A program made the position numbers and the translations under genes. 61,427 nt of DNA from a virus, in IMG/VR virus record IMGVR_UViG_3300045988_166584; one strand, 5' to 3'. Positions 61,309-61,427 of this stretch are shown here, one piece after another. Position 1 is the first letter of the stretch; each line of letters opens with the position of its first letter. The notes under the pieces were generated by a model. That model was not told where the DNA came from and made no database searches. It saw only the letters and a program-made list of their open reading frames with translations.

Positions 61309-61427
61309 AAGTTCCCCCGGAACTTAGGCTAATAACAGGAGATATTATGGTAAAAATGCATAAACTGACCAAGGGTGGACAAACCATTTATCCAGCTACC
61401 ATTTATGACGCAGTGGTCAACCCCAAG
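61309..61427. repeat. Second copy of the terminal overlap (same as 1-119)
   Basis: Verbatim repeat of 1-119. It restarts the fibre A gene (ATG at 61347) and is cut off by the window end. Confidence 0.95.

Overview
The window is one complete, circularly closed phage genome. Bases 1-119 recur verbatim at 61309-61427, giving a unit length of 61,308 bp. It looks like a temperate, siphovirus-like phage of a Bacteroidales host. The host call is an inference from repeated Bacteroides-type -7 promoter boxes (TAnnTTTG), a Bacteroides-style tyrosine integrase, a PcfJ/PcfK-like pair and DUF4886-like SGNH domains.

Most genes are on the minus strand:
- Lysis cassette, 59.6-61.0 kb.
- Early, replication and recombination genes, 25.9-48.8 kb. 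These include a SNF2 helicase, a VRR-NUC nuclease, a NinB-like protein, a PD-(D/E)XK nuclease, an AAA ATPase split by a LAGLIDADG intein, a helicase-methyltransferase fusion, PcfJ/PcfK-like proteins, MazG, YopX and many small Cys-rich ORFs.
- First late operon, 14.4-25.6 kb: ParB-like proteins, TerS, TerL, tail proteins and the tape measure.
- Second late operon, 3.3-14.3 kb: prohead protease, capsid, portal and fibres.

Plus-strand islands carry the lysogeny and accessory functions:
- Cro-like HTH protein and a CI/LexA-type repressor.
- An HNH nuclease followed by a three-gene cassette of unknown function.
- Three DUF2971 paralogues at separate sites.
- Small membrane proteins, an attP-like tRNA 3' fragment and the integrase.

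Most interesting observations:
1. Two convergent SGNH-esterase tail-fibre genes are bracketed by 79-bp perfect inverted repeats that include their start codons. This may be an invertible host-range switch or a dual-fibre design.
2. A low-GC island with a PRTase, a ComF-like fragment, a DprA-like protein and a HAD phosphatase lies between the integrase and the lysis genes.
3. A repressor-linked cassette is bounded by a duplicated HNH 3' end.
4. A tRNA-like gene has intact acceptor, D and T arms but 46 nt in place of the anticodon loop. It is followed by a structured, terminated RNA.
5. A G+C-rich stretch of about 380 nt is non-coding and structured.
6. Both late operons share a hairpin, a 41-nt spacer and a -7 box in the same arrangement.

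No CRISPR array, reverse transcriptase/DGR or rRNA was seen.
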